A stretch of DNA of 62,134 bases, counting the filler, from Chiloscyllium plagiosum (taxonomy: Eukaryota): the NCBI RefSeq assembly GCF_004010195.1. It is 5 parts of one record of this genome, joined end to end, with 100 filler letters (N's around TTAATTAATTAA, not from the genome) between each part and the next. Parts side by side here need not be neighbours in the genome. Positions count along the whole stretch, not along the records: positions 17,385 to 29,135 come from NC_057716.1; positions 29,236 to 50,877 come from NC_057716.1; 3 more parts are not named here. One strand, 5' to 3'. Position numbers and translations under genes: made by a program. The notes under the pieces are model-generated. The model was not told the DNA's origin. It searched no databases and was given only the letters and a program-made list of their open reading frames with translations. Positions 26,215-40,179 of this stretch are shown in pieces (position 1 is the stretch's first letter; the number at the start of each line of letters is the position of its first letter).

Positions 26215-27365
26215 GTATGGCATTTGATAAGGTTCCCCATGGGAGGCTATTGCACAAAATACGAAGGCATAGGATTGAGGGTTATTTAGCAGTTTGGATC
26301 AGAAATTGGCTAGCTGAAAGAAGACAGAGAGTGGTGGTATATAGGAAATATACATCCTGAAGTTCAGTTACCCGTGGAGTACCGCAAGGATTTGTTTTGG
26401 GTCCACTGTTGTTTGTGATTTATATAAATGATCTGGATGAGGGCATAGAAGGATGGGTAGGTAAATTTGCAGATGACACTAAAGTCGATAGTGTTGTGGA
26501 TAGTGATGAACAATGTTATAGGTTACAGAGAGACAGATAAGCTGCAGAGATGGGCTGAGAGGTGGAAAAAGGGGTTTAATGTGGAAAAGTGTGAGGTGAT
26601 TCACTTTGGAAGGAGTAACAGGAATGCAGAGTACTGGGCTAATGGTAAGATTCTTGGTAGTGTCAATGAGCAGAGAGGTCTTGATGTCTAGGTACATAGA
26701 TCCTTGAAAGTTGCCACCCAGATTGATAGGGTTGTTAAGAAGGTATACGATGTGTTAGCTTTTATTGGTAGAGGGATTGAGTTTCGGAACCATGAAATCA
26801 TGCTGCAGCTGTACAAAACTCTGGTGCAGTCACATTTGGAGTATTGTGTACAGTTCTGGTAACTGCATTATCGGGAGGGTGTGGAAGCTTTGGAAAGCGT
26901 TCAGAGGAGATTTACTAGAATGTTGCCTGGTATGAAGGGGAGGTCTTATGAGGAAAGCTGAGGGACTTGAGGCTGTTTCCTTCGAGAGAAGAAGGTTGAG
27001 AGGCGACTTAATTGAGACATATAAGATAATCAGAGGGTTAGATAGATTGGACAGTAAGAACCTTTTTCCTCTGATGAGAATGGCTAGCACAAGGAGACAT
27101 CGCTTTAAATTGAAGGGTGAATGATATAAGACAGATGTCAGAGGTTGTTTCTTTACTTAGAGAGTAGTAGGGGCGTGGAACACACTGCCTGCAACTGTAG
27201 TAGACTTGCCAACTTTAAGGGTATTAAAGTGGTGATTGAATAGACATATGGATGAGAATGGAATAGTGCAGGTTAGATGGGCTTCAGATTGGTTCCACAG
27301 GTCCATGCAACATCAAGGGCCAAAGGGCCTGTACTGTGCTGTAATGCTCAATGTTCTATTTTCTA
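26215..27365 (+). mobile_element. CR1 LINE RT region and 3' UTR, nested in an older opposite-strand CR1 (about 26010-27830)
   Basis: AFDKVPH, GVPQG, KFADDTK and FNVEKCEVIHFG motifs with frameshifts; tail gtactgtgctgtaatg...ttctat. Confidence 0.92.
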
Positions 27366-28644
27366 ATATTTAACCAAGCAGTTATGGAAATTCTCTTTAT
27401 TTTTGTCCCTTTGACCTGAGTGCCTGTGATAGGCTTTCTTTCAGTAGGGTTTGCAGCTTCTCAGCATCTGTTTTGTCAAGCCTTCTCAGAATCTTACATA
27501 GTTCAAAAGATCATTCTTCAAAACTCTTGGGGTTATAAAATCTTTCTTTAGAAGAAATAGCAAGTGAATCTACATTCTACTCCCTCTAAGGCACTCTTTG
27601 TGATTGCAGAAAGACCAGCCCTTTGGGATAAAGGTCAATATACCATATACCTTCCTAATTGCTTGTTATACATCCATTTAGACTTTCTGGATTCCTGTAC
27701 AAGGACACTCAAATTCTTCAGAAGTGTAACATTTGATAACTTTGCACCATTTTTAAAACAGTTTGCTGTATTATTTCCAACAAAATAAATCGGGTCACAT
27801 TTTCAAATATAATTAACTATGTCCTTGCAGACTCTTTGGGATTTGTTTTGCTTTTGTCCAGAACTGTTGTCAAATGTTGTGTAACAAACCTTAGAAAATC
27901 AACCTACTCAGTCAGAAATTTTGTTTCCACAGGTCAGGCATGGATTAGAGTGGGGTTAAACAGCTATATGGGATAACTCTATCAAAGTGTGGATGCTCAA
28001 GTCGGTTGGTTAAAAGGTCCAGCTCCATTTATTGGGATATTGGCTCAGTTACAATTCACTGGTCAACTGTCTAGCCCTCACACGCCCTCCATGCTCTTCA
28101 TATTTCCCTCCAAGCTCTAATTGCACCAATGCATCCACCATGTTCATTCACCAAGCACCTTTTAGGTGAAGAAGATATGAATCATAAAAATGATAATGAC
28201 AAGTCTTTAAAATACTAATGAAATAAAATAAACAAAACACCATTCAAAATTCCCATTGGAAATCAGTTGGCCAAATCTTCTAAACTCCTGAATGAATTGG
28301 TGAGTCGGTTAGATAATGAGTTCGCTACATCCAGAAAAAGAAGTCCAATTTTGAAAGCAAGTATTGAAAAGTGAGATAAAAATCTCACTGGGGTGTGCAG
28401 TTAGAGGCCTATTTGTATGCACTAGCATGCCATTAGTGAGTACCTCACCTTGATATGTTTTCTTTCCTATCCTTCCATGTGCTAGATAGAGATTAGATGG
28501 CAAGAATTCATGACACAGAAGTCAGAGTGAGGACCAAGCAGATCTGTCTTGTGACTAGCACCCCCAGAACATGATCCTGGATATCCAACACCAATCTCGG
28601 GCATGCTCCATGGGCAGTGACTGACTGCATCCCTGGTCACAAAG

Positions 28645-29135
28645 ATTCGATTAGATTCCCTACAGTGTGGAAACAGGTTGTTTGGCCCAACAAGTCCACG
28701 CCGACCCTCAAAACATAGAAAAATACAGCGCAGTACAGGCCCTTTGGCCCTCGATGTTACGCCGATCCAAACCCACCTAACCTACACTAGCCCACTATCC
28801 ACTATATGCCTATCCAATGCCTGTTTAAATGCCCATAAAGAGGGAGAGTCCACCACTGCTACTGGCAGGGCATTCCATGAACTCACGACTCGCTGAGTAA
28901 AGAATCTACCCCTAACATCTGTCCTATACCTACCACCCCTTAACTTAAAGCTATGCCCCCTTGTAATAGCTGACTCCATACGTGGAAAAAGATTCTCACT
29001 GTCAACCCTATCTAAACCCCTAATCATCTTGTACACCTCTATCAAGTCACCCCTAAACCTTCTTTACACCATTGAAAACAACCCCAAGTGCCTCAGCCCT
29101 TCCTCATACGATCTTCCTACCATACCAGGAAACAT
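28645..29135 (-). mobile_element. V-SINE tail (28645-28711) followed by young CR1 3' end (28712-29135)
   Basis: ORF 28782-29045 IEVYKMIRGLDRV...FFTQRVVSSWNALP; near-identical to 61058-61490. Confidence 0.9.
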
Positions 29136-29235
29136 NNNNNNNNNNNNNNNNNNNNNNNNNNNNNNNNNNNNNNNNNNNNTTAATTAATTAANNNNNNNNN
29201 NNNNNNNNNNNNNNNNNNNNNNNNNNNNNNNNNNN
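29136..29235. other. artificial gap spacer
   Basis: N44-TTAATTAATTAA-N44. Confidence 0.97.
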
Positions 29236-29625
29236 ATGTCAGCAGAATGCAGGTGAGTGGCATTGGTGGGGGCAGAAGTGGCAGACACGTCAGTAGGGGT
29301 GGCGGAAGTCACTGAGTGTGGCCATGATGGGGGCGGAAGTGTCATCATCAATCAGCGTGGGGGTGGCAGCTGCACCAGCCACGTGGCTAATGGAGTCCAA
29401 GTAGTTCCAGAGGCCAGGGGAATCTTCTGGAATGTTTGAGGAGCGCTGGTTATGGAAGTGGGTAGATAAAAGTTTGTTGTACTTACAGTTTTTGATGTTT
29501 GAGATGGAGTTGAAATACTGTTTGTTGAGAGTATGAATTCTCCTGAGGATGTAGTACAGAGTGGGTGCTTTGCAATTCTGAGAGAGTGTGGCCCTCAGCT
29601 GAGGCAGGGCTGACTGTAGAGTCAA
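29236..29625 (-). mobile_element. probable Penelope ORF N-terminal (pre-RT) fragment
   Basis: ORF 29290-29625 ...ISNIKNCKYNKLLSTH... resembles the K-rich helical segment upstream of PLE RT; GC-richer than flanks; no catalytic motif visible. Confidence 0.45.
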
Positions 29626-30794
29626 TTTTCATGTTAGTCAGATATGATTTTCCCTTAACTCCCTATTTTCTGATTGACAATTCATACTGCCCCACAGATT
29701 TATTTCCAGTAATTTCCCACCACTAGAGTTCGGCTGACTGGCTCATAATAGCACGGTCTGTCCCTTCCTTTCTTTTGAAGAAATGGCCTTTTCGTTCAGC
29801 AGTGCTAAAGACTCATCCAAACCTATACTACTGAATCCTTTACTCACCTCTTTGCATACAAGAAATGCACTTCACCCAAGCCTGGCAATTTATCTACATT
29901 TCAAGAAAGTAAATCTTTTCATATTTCCTCTCCCATTGTGATTATCCTGTCAAGTACTTCAAACTCTTGCTAAAATATAATGTCTATTATGTCACCCTCG
30001 GTCAGAAACAAAATGTAGAAAGTTCCCAGCCCCTGAACAATGTGGGCATTGGCAAGAAAGTTGGGAGAATCACATGAGATGGCCAGCGAAATGCTTCCTG
30101 ACATTGAGAGCAGAAAGTTCTATTTTCTTGCCAAGTGTTGAATGCCAAGATGACATTTTCACGAGTTAGCCACCAAAAGCCGATTTGTATGTATTAACTT
30201 CCTCATTCTTTTGATATCTCACTTCATTGATATGCAGTTTCTTATCCTCCCATCCACCATATAAAAACTGGATGGCAAAAATTCCCAATGTGAAAGTCAG
30301 AGCAGTGGCCTGGCAACTCCAGCTCACTATTTGCTGCCCCGGGCCACCAATAGTCACCATCATCTCAAACACACTCCTTAGGCAGTGACCACATGCACTC
30401 ACTGTCCAGCAGGACTTTGAGGAACTGTCAGCAAAGTGGGGTGCTAATTGCACTGTCAAATGTATTCGGGACAAATTAGACGAATCACGCTAAGTAGTTG
30501 CAGACTGTTGACTAGCTCATGACTGAGCTTTAAAGATGTTGACAGTGCCAGGAATTCGGGAAGATCCTGGCAGTGCCCAATACATCCACCTGTGGCAAAC
30601 GTAAGAATACGCCAAGCAGTTTGCCAGGGCAGTTTGGTGCAAAGCCATTGAGGTGAGTTTTGGAATAAAGCACAAGAATTCATTAGTTCTTTCTGAAAAA
30701 AACCATCACAAAACTTGCTAAAAATGCCACGAGTCTGATTTCCATGCTCCCTTTATGGACTCTAACTGACCCGACTCTTCCTCAGTTTTGAGTC

Positions 30795-31530
30795 TTCGAG
30801 TCATACAGTGTGGAAACAGGCCCTTTGGTCCAACTAGTCCATGATGACCAGATGTCCCAAAATATCCAAGTCCCATTTTCCAGCATTTGGCACATATCCC
30901 TCCAAATCCTTCCTATTCATGTACCCATCCAGATGTCTTTCAAATGTTCTACCACTTCCTCTGGCAATTCATTCCATACACACACCACCCTCTGTTTAAA
31001 AAGATTACCCCTCAAATACATTTTAAATTTTTCCTCTTTAACCTTAAACCTATGTCCTTTTGATTTGGACCCCCCCACCCTCAGAAAAAAAAACCTTGTC
31101 TATTTACCCTATCAATGTCCCTCATGACTTTATAAACTTCTATAAGGTCACCCTCAGTCCCCAACACTCCAGGAAAAAAGTCTCAGCCTATGCAGCATCT
31201 CCCTATAACCCAAACCCTCTAGTCCCAGCAATATCCTTATAAATCTTTTCTGCACCCGCTCAAATTTAACAACACTCTTCCTATAGAATGGCGACCAGAA
31301 TTGTGTGCAGTATTCTAAAAGTGGCCTCACAAATGTTCTGTACAGTTGCAACATGACATCCCAAATCTGTAACTCAATGTTTTAACTGATGAAGCCAAGC
31401 TTGCTAAATGCCATCTTCTCCACCTTGTCTACCTGCAATCCTACTTTCAAGGAACTATGTATCTGCACCCCTCAGTTTTTCTGCTTGACAACACTCCTCA
31501 AGGCTCTACCATTAACTCTGCAAATCTGTT
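30795..31530 (-). mobile_element. CR1 LINE 3' end
   Basis: ORF 31154-31354 [21 protein letters not shown]...ERVQKRF. Confidence 0.9.
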
Positions 31531-31959
31531 TATGTCCCTGTTTTTTTTTCTCTCTTCTTTTCTTAAGCATTTCAATTGTTCCATCTTAGCTAACTATTAA
31601 CTAATTGTTATGTGATATGAACAAACAGCAAGGAAGCATAATGAGTGGGAATTAACGAGCAAGTGAATTGAAATTAACGACAGCAATGGCAGGTCGGTTG
31701 ATATGTTACTGTTGCAGTGTGTGGGAGGTACTGGACATCAAGGTTTGTAGCTCAGGGCCTTTGCAGATTCTGTGGCTGAGAGCGCAGAGACTCTAGGGAG
31801 GATGGGCACTTTAGTAAAGGGAGTCATTTGAGTATGGGGTGTGTTAATGAGGACTTAGTTGGGGACAGGGAATGGTGTATTTGCGGGTGACACTGTTCTC
31901 TGTCGACATGAGCAGGAATGCCAAAGCTCTGTCTGGTGCCAGATCTTCAGAGATAAAAT

Positions 31960-32620
31960 AGCTCAGTTTTTCTTCATTTCATTTTTCAGACACTCCCTTC
32001 ACTTTCCAAATAACTTTTAAGATGTTACCCGTGAACTGTCTATACATCTCTTGACTTTCTGCAGTATTCATCTCTCACGGTCAGGCACAGATTTTGTTTT
32101 TCCTTGCCTTAAGCTATCTTGTATGCTCTTTCAGATCCTGTGCATCTATATTTGGGAGTTCTTCACTTTTTATGTGGGGCCATTTTTGTTCTGAATCCAT
32201 GTTGTTCTTGACTTCCATCCCCCTGTTAAGCTAATTTTAACCATCCTCAGTAGCAGTGATTCACAATGATATTTGTTATGGTCCTGTCCAGCTGTGACTT
32301 GCCCAGTTTCCACAGATTTCACTTGATTCCAGAACATTTGCAAATCTCCCAAATATTTATGGCTTTTCATCCTGCACATCAACATCTCTATATCACATGT
32401 TCATCCGTATTATCCTCTGATGACTGTTCTTATTGTATGTGGCACCAGAAACAACTAGCTTCAAGATCCTTTTTAATTTTTCTTAACTTTCTCAAATCAT
32501 GCAAGTCCTCATCCCTCTTTGAGTTTGTGTCATTGGTGTCAATGACGACCATGACTTCTAAATGTTCAACCACTGGATATAAGGAATGTGACCTTATCAA
32601 ATGTGCAGTGGACAACCAAA
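31960..32620 (-). mobile_element. highly decayed CR1 ORF1 (SGNH esterase-like) and ORF2 start
   Basis: ORF 32430-32672 EHLEVMVVIDTNDTNSKRDEDL resembles the CR1 ORF1 block EVVVHIGTND. Confidence 0.55.
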
Positions 32621-35600
32621 ATGTCAATGCTCCTTTTGAGAGTTGACTGTCTCTGCAAGTTGGCAGAATCACTTATGGTCACTTGTAGCACATCTACACA
32701 TCTGTTTGGTCTCCATTAGTCTTCTGAGTGTCAGAACCACTCCTTCCTCAACCGGAAGATGGAGATATATTAGTGATATGCTCACCAGAGTCTTAACTCA
32801 GTAGAATACCTAAAGAGATCCTACTATTGATGCTGGTGGACGGTGCAGCTACAGGCTGTGTAGTGCATCTTCTGAGAGTTCAAAGACTTTCTTCTCAGCT
32901 ATGGCACTTTGCTGTGGGGTCCAGGCTGTGGCCTCTTCCACCTAAGGTTTCCCTGTGTTCCTACAAAAGCGAAAAGACAGAATTAATTGCCAAAGATGGA
33001 TAAAAACTTATGAAAAAGAAGCAAGAGTTCGTGCTGATAGTAATGGGAAAGAAGCATAGCACAATAAATGGGTTGGTTGTCCATTGCTGTGCCCCTGTGT
33101 GAGTGGCTCTTTCATTCTCTAATCAGTACCACTTTCTTCTCCTCAAGTTGGTGAGGTAAGTTAATGAGGTAAAAAGTAGAAGATTGTGCTAGATAGCCTA
33201 AGATGGGTTATATTGATGTTGACACCCTCTTTAACTACAAATGGAAAATATCCAAGCCAAAATCTTTCAACAGTTCCAGCTGGAGCCCATTCAGTGCTCC
33301 TCAATTTTCCTTATCAATGGTGACGTGATGAAGAATTGCAGTGCAAATTTGCTTTCTCAACAAGATCAAGGTAAAATAATAGAAATGTGATTCCTAAAAT
33401 AATATGTTCATAAAGAATTATCTTCACAAAAAAATGTGCAAATGCAGAAAACTGTCAGAGGTCATCTAGAGTATGAAGAGCCTCAACCTTGCAATTTTTC
33501 CTGTACTGTCACTGTTATATTTAAAAAGGGAATTAACTAGGTAGGGGAAAACACAGTAGAAATTTATCAAGGTTTGTGATGCAAATTGGACAGGGTTGCA
33601 TGGACGATCTATTATACACCTCATCCAATATTTAATTCCTCAGAAGTCAATGGTTCATATCAGTTTTGTCATATTTGTGTTGACAGCTGCTGAATCATTT
33701 AGCTAGCATGGATAGGACCTACTGCTGGTGAACCCCATTCTCTTTCCTGTGATCAGCAATAGAAAAATCTTTGTAGTAGAACAATTAAGAATCCATTACT
33801 AAAATTGGAACCTTTTTTGTAGAAAAGTATCAAAATAATATAAAAGAAACTATCAAAGGTAATTTCGAAAAGAAAAAAAAATGATGCATTCAAATTTTCT
33901 GATGCATATTATTATTTCCATAACTGTGGAGAATTAATTGTTCATATAACTACGGAAGTGCAGAAACTATATTTTTTTCTGAGCTGGGAAAAATGAACTT
34001 TAAATTTATTTTCTAGGAACTAAATTTAGAAACACTTCATTATCCTACTGTACAACTTCTAGAACTTCCTTGGGTCCTTTCCCTCCTCACTCCTGCACTC
34101 ACATTCACATTCCCTCCTCACATTTCTGCACTCCAGCCATCTCTCAGACCAGTGTAAACTTTGACTTGTTATGTTAGATCTTCTCATTATATTTCTAAGT
34201 GCATTCAACATAGCTTTTGATTTAATGGAAAAGAGAAAGTTATGAGGAGTAAAGTCCTTTCAGTCATTACAAAAAAAGAAATCAGCACCATCTCTCACAT
34301 TTAACTACCCATTGTGTAGCACTCATCTGGTAGTGATTTTCTCGAAGTTCAGGTGATTCAAGATTGGCCCCAGGCAGGTCCAGAGCACTGCTTCTCATCG
34401 AAATCAACTTTGTAACTCATGTCAGCAGATGTGCTCAAGGGGAACATAGATCAGAAACAATGAGCGACTGAGGTTAAAGAACAGGCCATCACAATGATCA
34501 CTCTCCCGCAAAAAGGTAGAAAAACAATTTCTTTTCTTTTTTAAAAACCTGGCTGGTGGAATGCCATATATAGAACTTAACAAAGTATTGATTGGGTGAA
34601 AAATGGAAGGAGAGCAAACAGCTTTTGTTCCTGCTTGATTCAAAAATGCATGTACACATGGGGACATGCATGGATACGATCAGTCCTGACAGTGGTGCTG
34701 ACATGCATTGTCTAGACTAAAATAATAAAGAATGAATCAACAGGGTACTGGAGGGCAACTGGTGCTTGTGAAACTACACAAGCAGTGAAAAGAGTGCCCT
34801 CAAAATAGGAGAGTACATTTTGCACTAAACTCAGCTAGTCCTGACGAAACTAAGTGGTCTTAATGAACGTAGTCTCCAAATACTTATAACATTTTTCACT
34901 GAAGGAGTCAGTACTCATCAATGAACACAAAAATTCATCACGCAAAATGTTGCTCCTTCATGCTTGCCCTGCATGAGATAATCAATAACTTCCCTTTGAT
35001 GTTAAGGTAGCATACTTGGGGCTAAAGAGAATATTAACCTCACTATACTTGCTATTATGAAAGGCCTCAAATATTACACTATCCATTTAATATATTTAGA
35101 TTTCATTTATAGTCTGATGTATTTGCAAAACAAATTATTGCATAAAAATGGAAAACATAGGGAGACATCCTATGCAAATGATTTGAAAATAATAAAGATT
35201 CATGCAAGTTTAAATGTTTCTTTCGCTATGTATTTCAGATAATTTGTAATAGGTTTGTAAGAAACCATTTCAAATATATTTGTGGGTTAAAAAACAACTA
35301 TTCCTGCCCAATGCAAGTGTAAATCTCAGAAACAATAAGCAGGGATGCTGATGTGTTCTTTCGTCTAGAATGCAAACTTATCAGAATGAACAGTTCATGG
35401 AATCATTTCTTCCTCTTTGGCAATCCCTCAGGACCAAAGGTGACTTGCTTCCACATACTTGATAGGTTCTGAGATGGCTAAGGATTTCAATAAGCAATCT
35501 GCAGACTGAAGAGTTGGGTAGATCAGTTCTCTGGAGATTTGTGCTGTCTCCCTCACACTTGACGCTCCCATGAGTTGCTTAAAGTCAAGGTTTTAAAATC

Positions 35601-35639
35601 GTGCTCCATAGTTTTGCTGGAGCCAGGACTACAGAAGTC

Positions 35640-36778
35640 AAGTGTCCTCAGAATGGAGTCTGACACCTCCAGGTGAGGGAATAACTGACTTCTCTTCTTT
35701 CCTCACTTACCCCCTTGATTGGCTCAACAGGATTAGTTTATACAGGATTCTCTCTCTTATGGATACCTTCGTCCCAGATAAAATAAAATAATGTTTAAAA
35801 AGCCAATTTAACCAGACGTTCTTGAATTAACAAGTTAATTTATTAATTATTAAATGCATGAAGAAATAATAACATAACACAATGCACAAGGTCTAAAACT
35901 GAGAAATTAGTCCACAAAAAGAAACAAGTATAAAAGAAGGTCAGTCTCTAAGTCATTTGCACATAGTAGATAGTACATGTTGTAGCAATAAATAATGTTA
36001 CCAATCAATTCAACTTTGGTGGCTGTATCAGTCAGTTTTGAGATTTTGACTTGACAGCTTGATCAAAATTCTTTGTCTTGGTTCCTTTCGGCATACTAGT
36101 TGGCAACACTCAGAATGGGAAAAATGTTTTCCCTTCTTTACCTGAAATGCAGGAGTGTATTTAATAACTGTTATCAAAACTGTGAGCTTCACAACATACT
36201 TTTGCAGACCACTAACCCATACAGACTCCATTCTCTGTGCATTTTATAAAGGAGAAAAGAACAATCTATCTCTCACCCAGATTGCTATTGTTATTTTACA
36301 ATCATGGACACAGTCCAAAAAAAATCAAGTTCAGTTTCAGTTTCTCCTTTTGAGTTTTCTTATAACACCTGTAGGTCCAGAGTTCCTCTCTAGACAGTCA
36401 TTGGATTCACATCCGCTGTCATTTTGGCTGCAGCAATCTCTTTTGAAAAAAAATGTTGGAATGTAAAGGTTCAATATACCCTTAGGTGATCTGTGGTTAT
36501 GATTTGTCATAATGACACCACCAGCTATCAAGGATGGCACTTCAATAATCCTATTAATCTGTCAGTGGACAGATTGTTAGACTGCTGTTGGAGCCCGCAA
36601 ACTCCTTAGAGTACTGAGATCTACAGCTATTATCACAGTAGTCAGAGGCTACATGGTAGCAAACAGGGACTCCTGGTCTCTGCTTGAGCTTCCACTACAG
36701 TAATTGAAATCCTTAAGTACTTCAATCTAACTTTTAGTACGTTGCAGTAAATATTATTAAAACATGGTCAGAATAACA
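35640..36778 (-). mobile_element. possible solo LTR
   Basis: Ends ...ggtcagaataaca (TGTTATT on minus) and has AATAAA on the minus strand near 35837; left boundary and TSD not resolved. Confidence 0.3.
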
Positions 36779-37112
36779 TGTTCAAAGATATTTAACACAA
36801 ATATTTGCATTTATATAGTAACTTTCATTGCAGGGACTGCTGTTGATTCAATTGGCTAGAAGGCTGGCATCTGCCTGAGAATAATGTCAACAGGAAGGTT
36901 GATGATTTCCACTCTAGCTGTGATTCAGGATCTGCCTCTCTACCCTGCCTCTGATAGTGGATGTGAATGATGATCATGACTGATGAAAGCTGCAAAGAAA
37001 ACAGCTTAAGAAGAAAATAATCTGCAGACCATAAGCCAAAGATCTACTTTTATTTTAACGACGTATGACATGATTACATGGGAAAAGTCTTTTGGGGGCC
37101 TGCAGGACATAA

Positions 37113-37745
37113 TATAACAATACTGTGGCTTAAAAGGGTATGTTTTGTCCTGTTTTCTTTTATGAAGGAAGGTTGAGACAGAGGTGCCAAGCAGCTTGCT
37201 CAAAGCCAATAAAATAAACAGCTTTTGAGGTGTTGGCTTTTTTAAAAAGTGGTAACAATAGAAGCAGCTTGAAAGGGTGGGGTCAAGTTCCCACAGAACC
37301 AGAATTTTCAGTTTTAGCCTTATGCAGTTGCTAGGGTCTTGAAGCTCGATGTGGAAGCTTTTATTCCTTTCTCTGTTTCAGCTAAAAGCTGTGGTTCTCT
37401 TCCTGCTACTAGAATTGCATGTCATGATCTATTTTACTTAAATTGCCTTTGACAAGGGTGTGTTTATGGGATGTTACTATATTGGAACAGTTAATTAGTA
37501 GTAGTTAATATCTACATTTTGTTAAGCATTTGATAGAGTTACAGTTAAGCCAATTCCTTTCTTTTAGTTTTATGTAGTCTGTATTTTAACTGTAGTGTAA
37601 AAATAATGTGCATTTTGTTTAATGTCGAGTAGTTTGACTAATTGAGTTGTACCTGGAACCCAACATCTTACACTTATCTGTAAAATAAGAAAAAGTTATG
37701 TTCTAAATATCTTTTTAATAAGAGGGTTTGGTCTGGACCATAACA
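37113..37745 (+). mobile_element. solo LTR (gypsy-type)
   Basis: Termini TATAAC(TG decayed)...CATAACA; flanks ATAA/ATAG fit a decayed 4-bp TSD; composition resembles the LTR at 51566-52447. Confidence 0.6.
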
Positions 37746-38479
37746 ATAGGCTGTGGCAAGACTTATAGCAGAATCAAGCACAATGTCTGGCGAGGTCTAT
37801 CTCAATGTTGGGAGCAAGTTGCTGCATCTTCTGTGCATTTGCAGTGCTATCAGGTTGTACTTACGCAGCTCCCATTTTTCAAACCCAAGAACAGCCAGGA
37901 GGAAATTTCCATTGCAGCATGTACTCTAAGCCCTAAGTCATATCTTGATTAAAGCTAACTCAAGTTTTGGTGATAATTAATGCACACATTAAAGTCTAAT
38001 TTCTTCTGTATGTTGTTCTTAATGTGCTGGGTAATGTATCCATATTTATTCCTGCCTGTCTTATTTTAACAGAATTGCTAGCCCATTTGTTCTGAATAGT
38101 TTAATAGGTGCATTAAAACACAGGCTGGAGCATATGCAAGCACAATAAAAATAACACAAGGAGGAAAATAAACCGAGTGTGCTATAAAATTTGCACTGCC
38201 GGTGACCTGGATCTGCATTTGTGGTATATTTTAATTCCTGCCAAAACTGTTTTATTTTTAATTTGAATCAGGACAATTCATTTAATACCTTATTTATGAT
38301 ACAGGGTGGATTTTACAAATCTCCTGGCTTCAATAAATGGACAAAAGTTTCTGCAGGGCTTGATTATCTGCCCACATGTGCTCCTGGAATAAAGAATTCA
38401 AGGCCACAGGTGCTGATCACCAAAATCAAACTTTCCGATCAACTTTAAATGCAAAGCTTGTGCATTGATGTGATCCTCC

Positions 38480-38790
38480 ACAGATGTGAACTCAAAATCT
38501 AGGTTGACACTTCAGTACCGCAGAAGAAGTACTGCACTGTTGGAGGTACTAATTTTTAAATATTAAGCTGAAACCTATTCACATGGGTGTAAAAGACTCA
38601 GTGGCATGATTAAAAGAGAAGAGTTGATGACTTCTCCTCATCAATATGTATCTCTGTTCAATACCTAATACACTATGTCTGGGCATTTATTTTGTTGCTT
38701 TTGGTGGGAGCTTTTTGAGCACAAAGTGACCATTGTGTTTCGTACAGCATCAATGTGACTACACATGAAAAAATACTTTTAGTCTGTAGC
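38480..38790 (+). mobile_element. ancient Deu-domain SINE, interrupted (tail resumes at about 39305)
   Basis: aatctaggttgacacttcagt...actgcactgttggaggt...gggtgtaaaagac...ggtgggagctt...gtgactacac. Confidence 0.65.
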
Positions 38791-38946
38791 CAGATTAAGT
38801 TAAAGCAGATGGAATATAATGTGGAGAAGCAGGAGGTACTCTACTTGGTAACAAGAATAAGAAAGCAGAATATTTTTCAAAGATCTGGAAATTGTAAATG
38901 TTAATGTTTGGAGGCACCTGGATGTACTTGTAGAAGGAAGACATAG

Positions 38947-39303
38947 GGAAGGTGACAGCCTACAGGTAGTATCACTAAACTGTTAATCCAGAGACCCAGG
39001 TAATGTTCTGGGGACCTGGGTTCAAATCCTACCATGGCAGATGGTGGAATTTGAATTCTATAAAATCTGGAACTAAGAATCTAATGAGGATCATGAATCT
39101 GTTGCTGACTATCAAGGAAAACAAAGATCTGTTTCACTCTTGTCCTTTTGGGAAGGAAACTGCCACCTTTATCTTGTATGGCTTACATGTGATTCTTGAT
39201 GGACAAAAATGTGGTATTGACTACCCTCTGAGCAATTAGGGATGAGCAATAAATACTGACCCAGCCAGTGATGCCCACATCCCATGAATTAATATTTTAA
39301 AAA
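38947..39303 (+). mobile_element. near full-length tRNA-derived SINE with L2-type tail
   Basis: Box B GGTTCAAATCC near 39019; tail gcaataaatactgacccagccagtgatgcccacatcccatgaat. Confidence 0.8.
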
Positions 39304-40179
39304 ACTCAATTGGCTGTAAAAGTGCATTGAACTATTCAAAGGTCAGGGAGCTTAAAGCGGCTCTAATTAAGATATGACTTAGGTTTTCTAGTACACACTG
39401 GGATGATAACTTCCTGTTGTTTTAAATGGCGCTGTGAAAGGAGCATGTGTTCCTCTTGAGAATCATAAGGTTGACTTAAAATTGGGCCTTGGGTCTTATT
39501 GACGTTATTTGGGCAAACCTTCAGCATCTGTCATGCCTTAATCCATATGCAGTTTGACATTTCCCTTATTAGCAGCAACTAGTTAAAGTTTTACAGGAAA
39601 ACAGCAAAGTGTTGCTAACATAGGTTGAAAGCAGTTTTCAGAGGTGCAACAATCCAGGGACTCAATTTAGCTTCACAATGAATGTTAAATAAAACTTCTT
39701 CATGGTGACTTATTGATCAGCCACATCCACCTGAGCAAAGCAGACACATAAACTGCACCACAAGTAATATGTAATCCAGTTCCCACCACAAGTAATATGC
39801 AATGATCTCCCCTAAAAGCTTTCCCATCTTCCCTCTCCAAAGTTTCAGCCTTATCTCTCAGGCCTTTCTTCACATTTCTCCTCCCCAATTGAGGTCTGGA
39901 ACTTCATCTGCAAAGTGTCTGGCTTACACCAGTCCCTGTCCACATACCCTTGTCCTTGAAGCTTTTCATCGTCTGGCCTCAAATGCCCAAACCCACCCCA
40001 CATGATCTCTGTTCCCTCTGATCTCTGAAAATATGTCACATGAAAGGTTAATGCATAAAGTGATTGTGTTCTGGTAACATTACGGATAGAAGATTGGGTA
40101 AAGGACATGAAATGGAGTTTCGCGATATGCAACATGGGAGGCTGTGACAAGACGAGTGTCATGAGGACCAGTGATGACA

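Noticed and set aside
39756..39799. 16-bp direct repeat CACCACAAGTAATATG
   Set aside because: Simple local duplication within a decayed L2-like remnant; nothing further supports it
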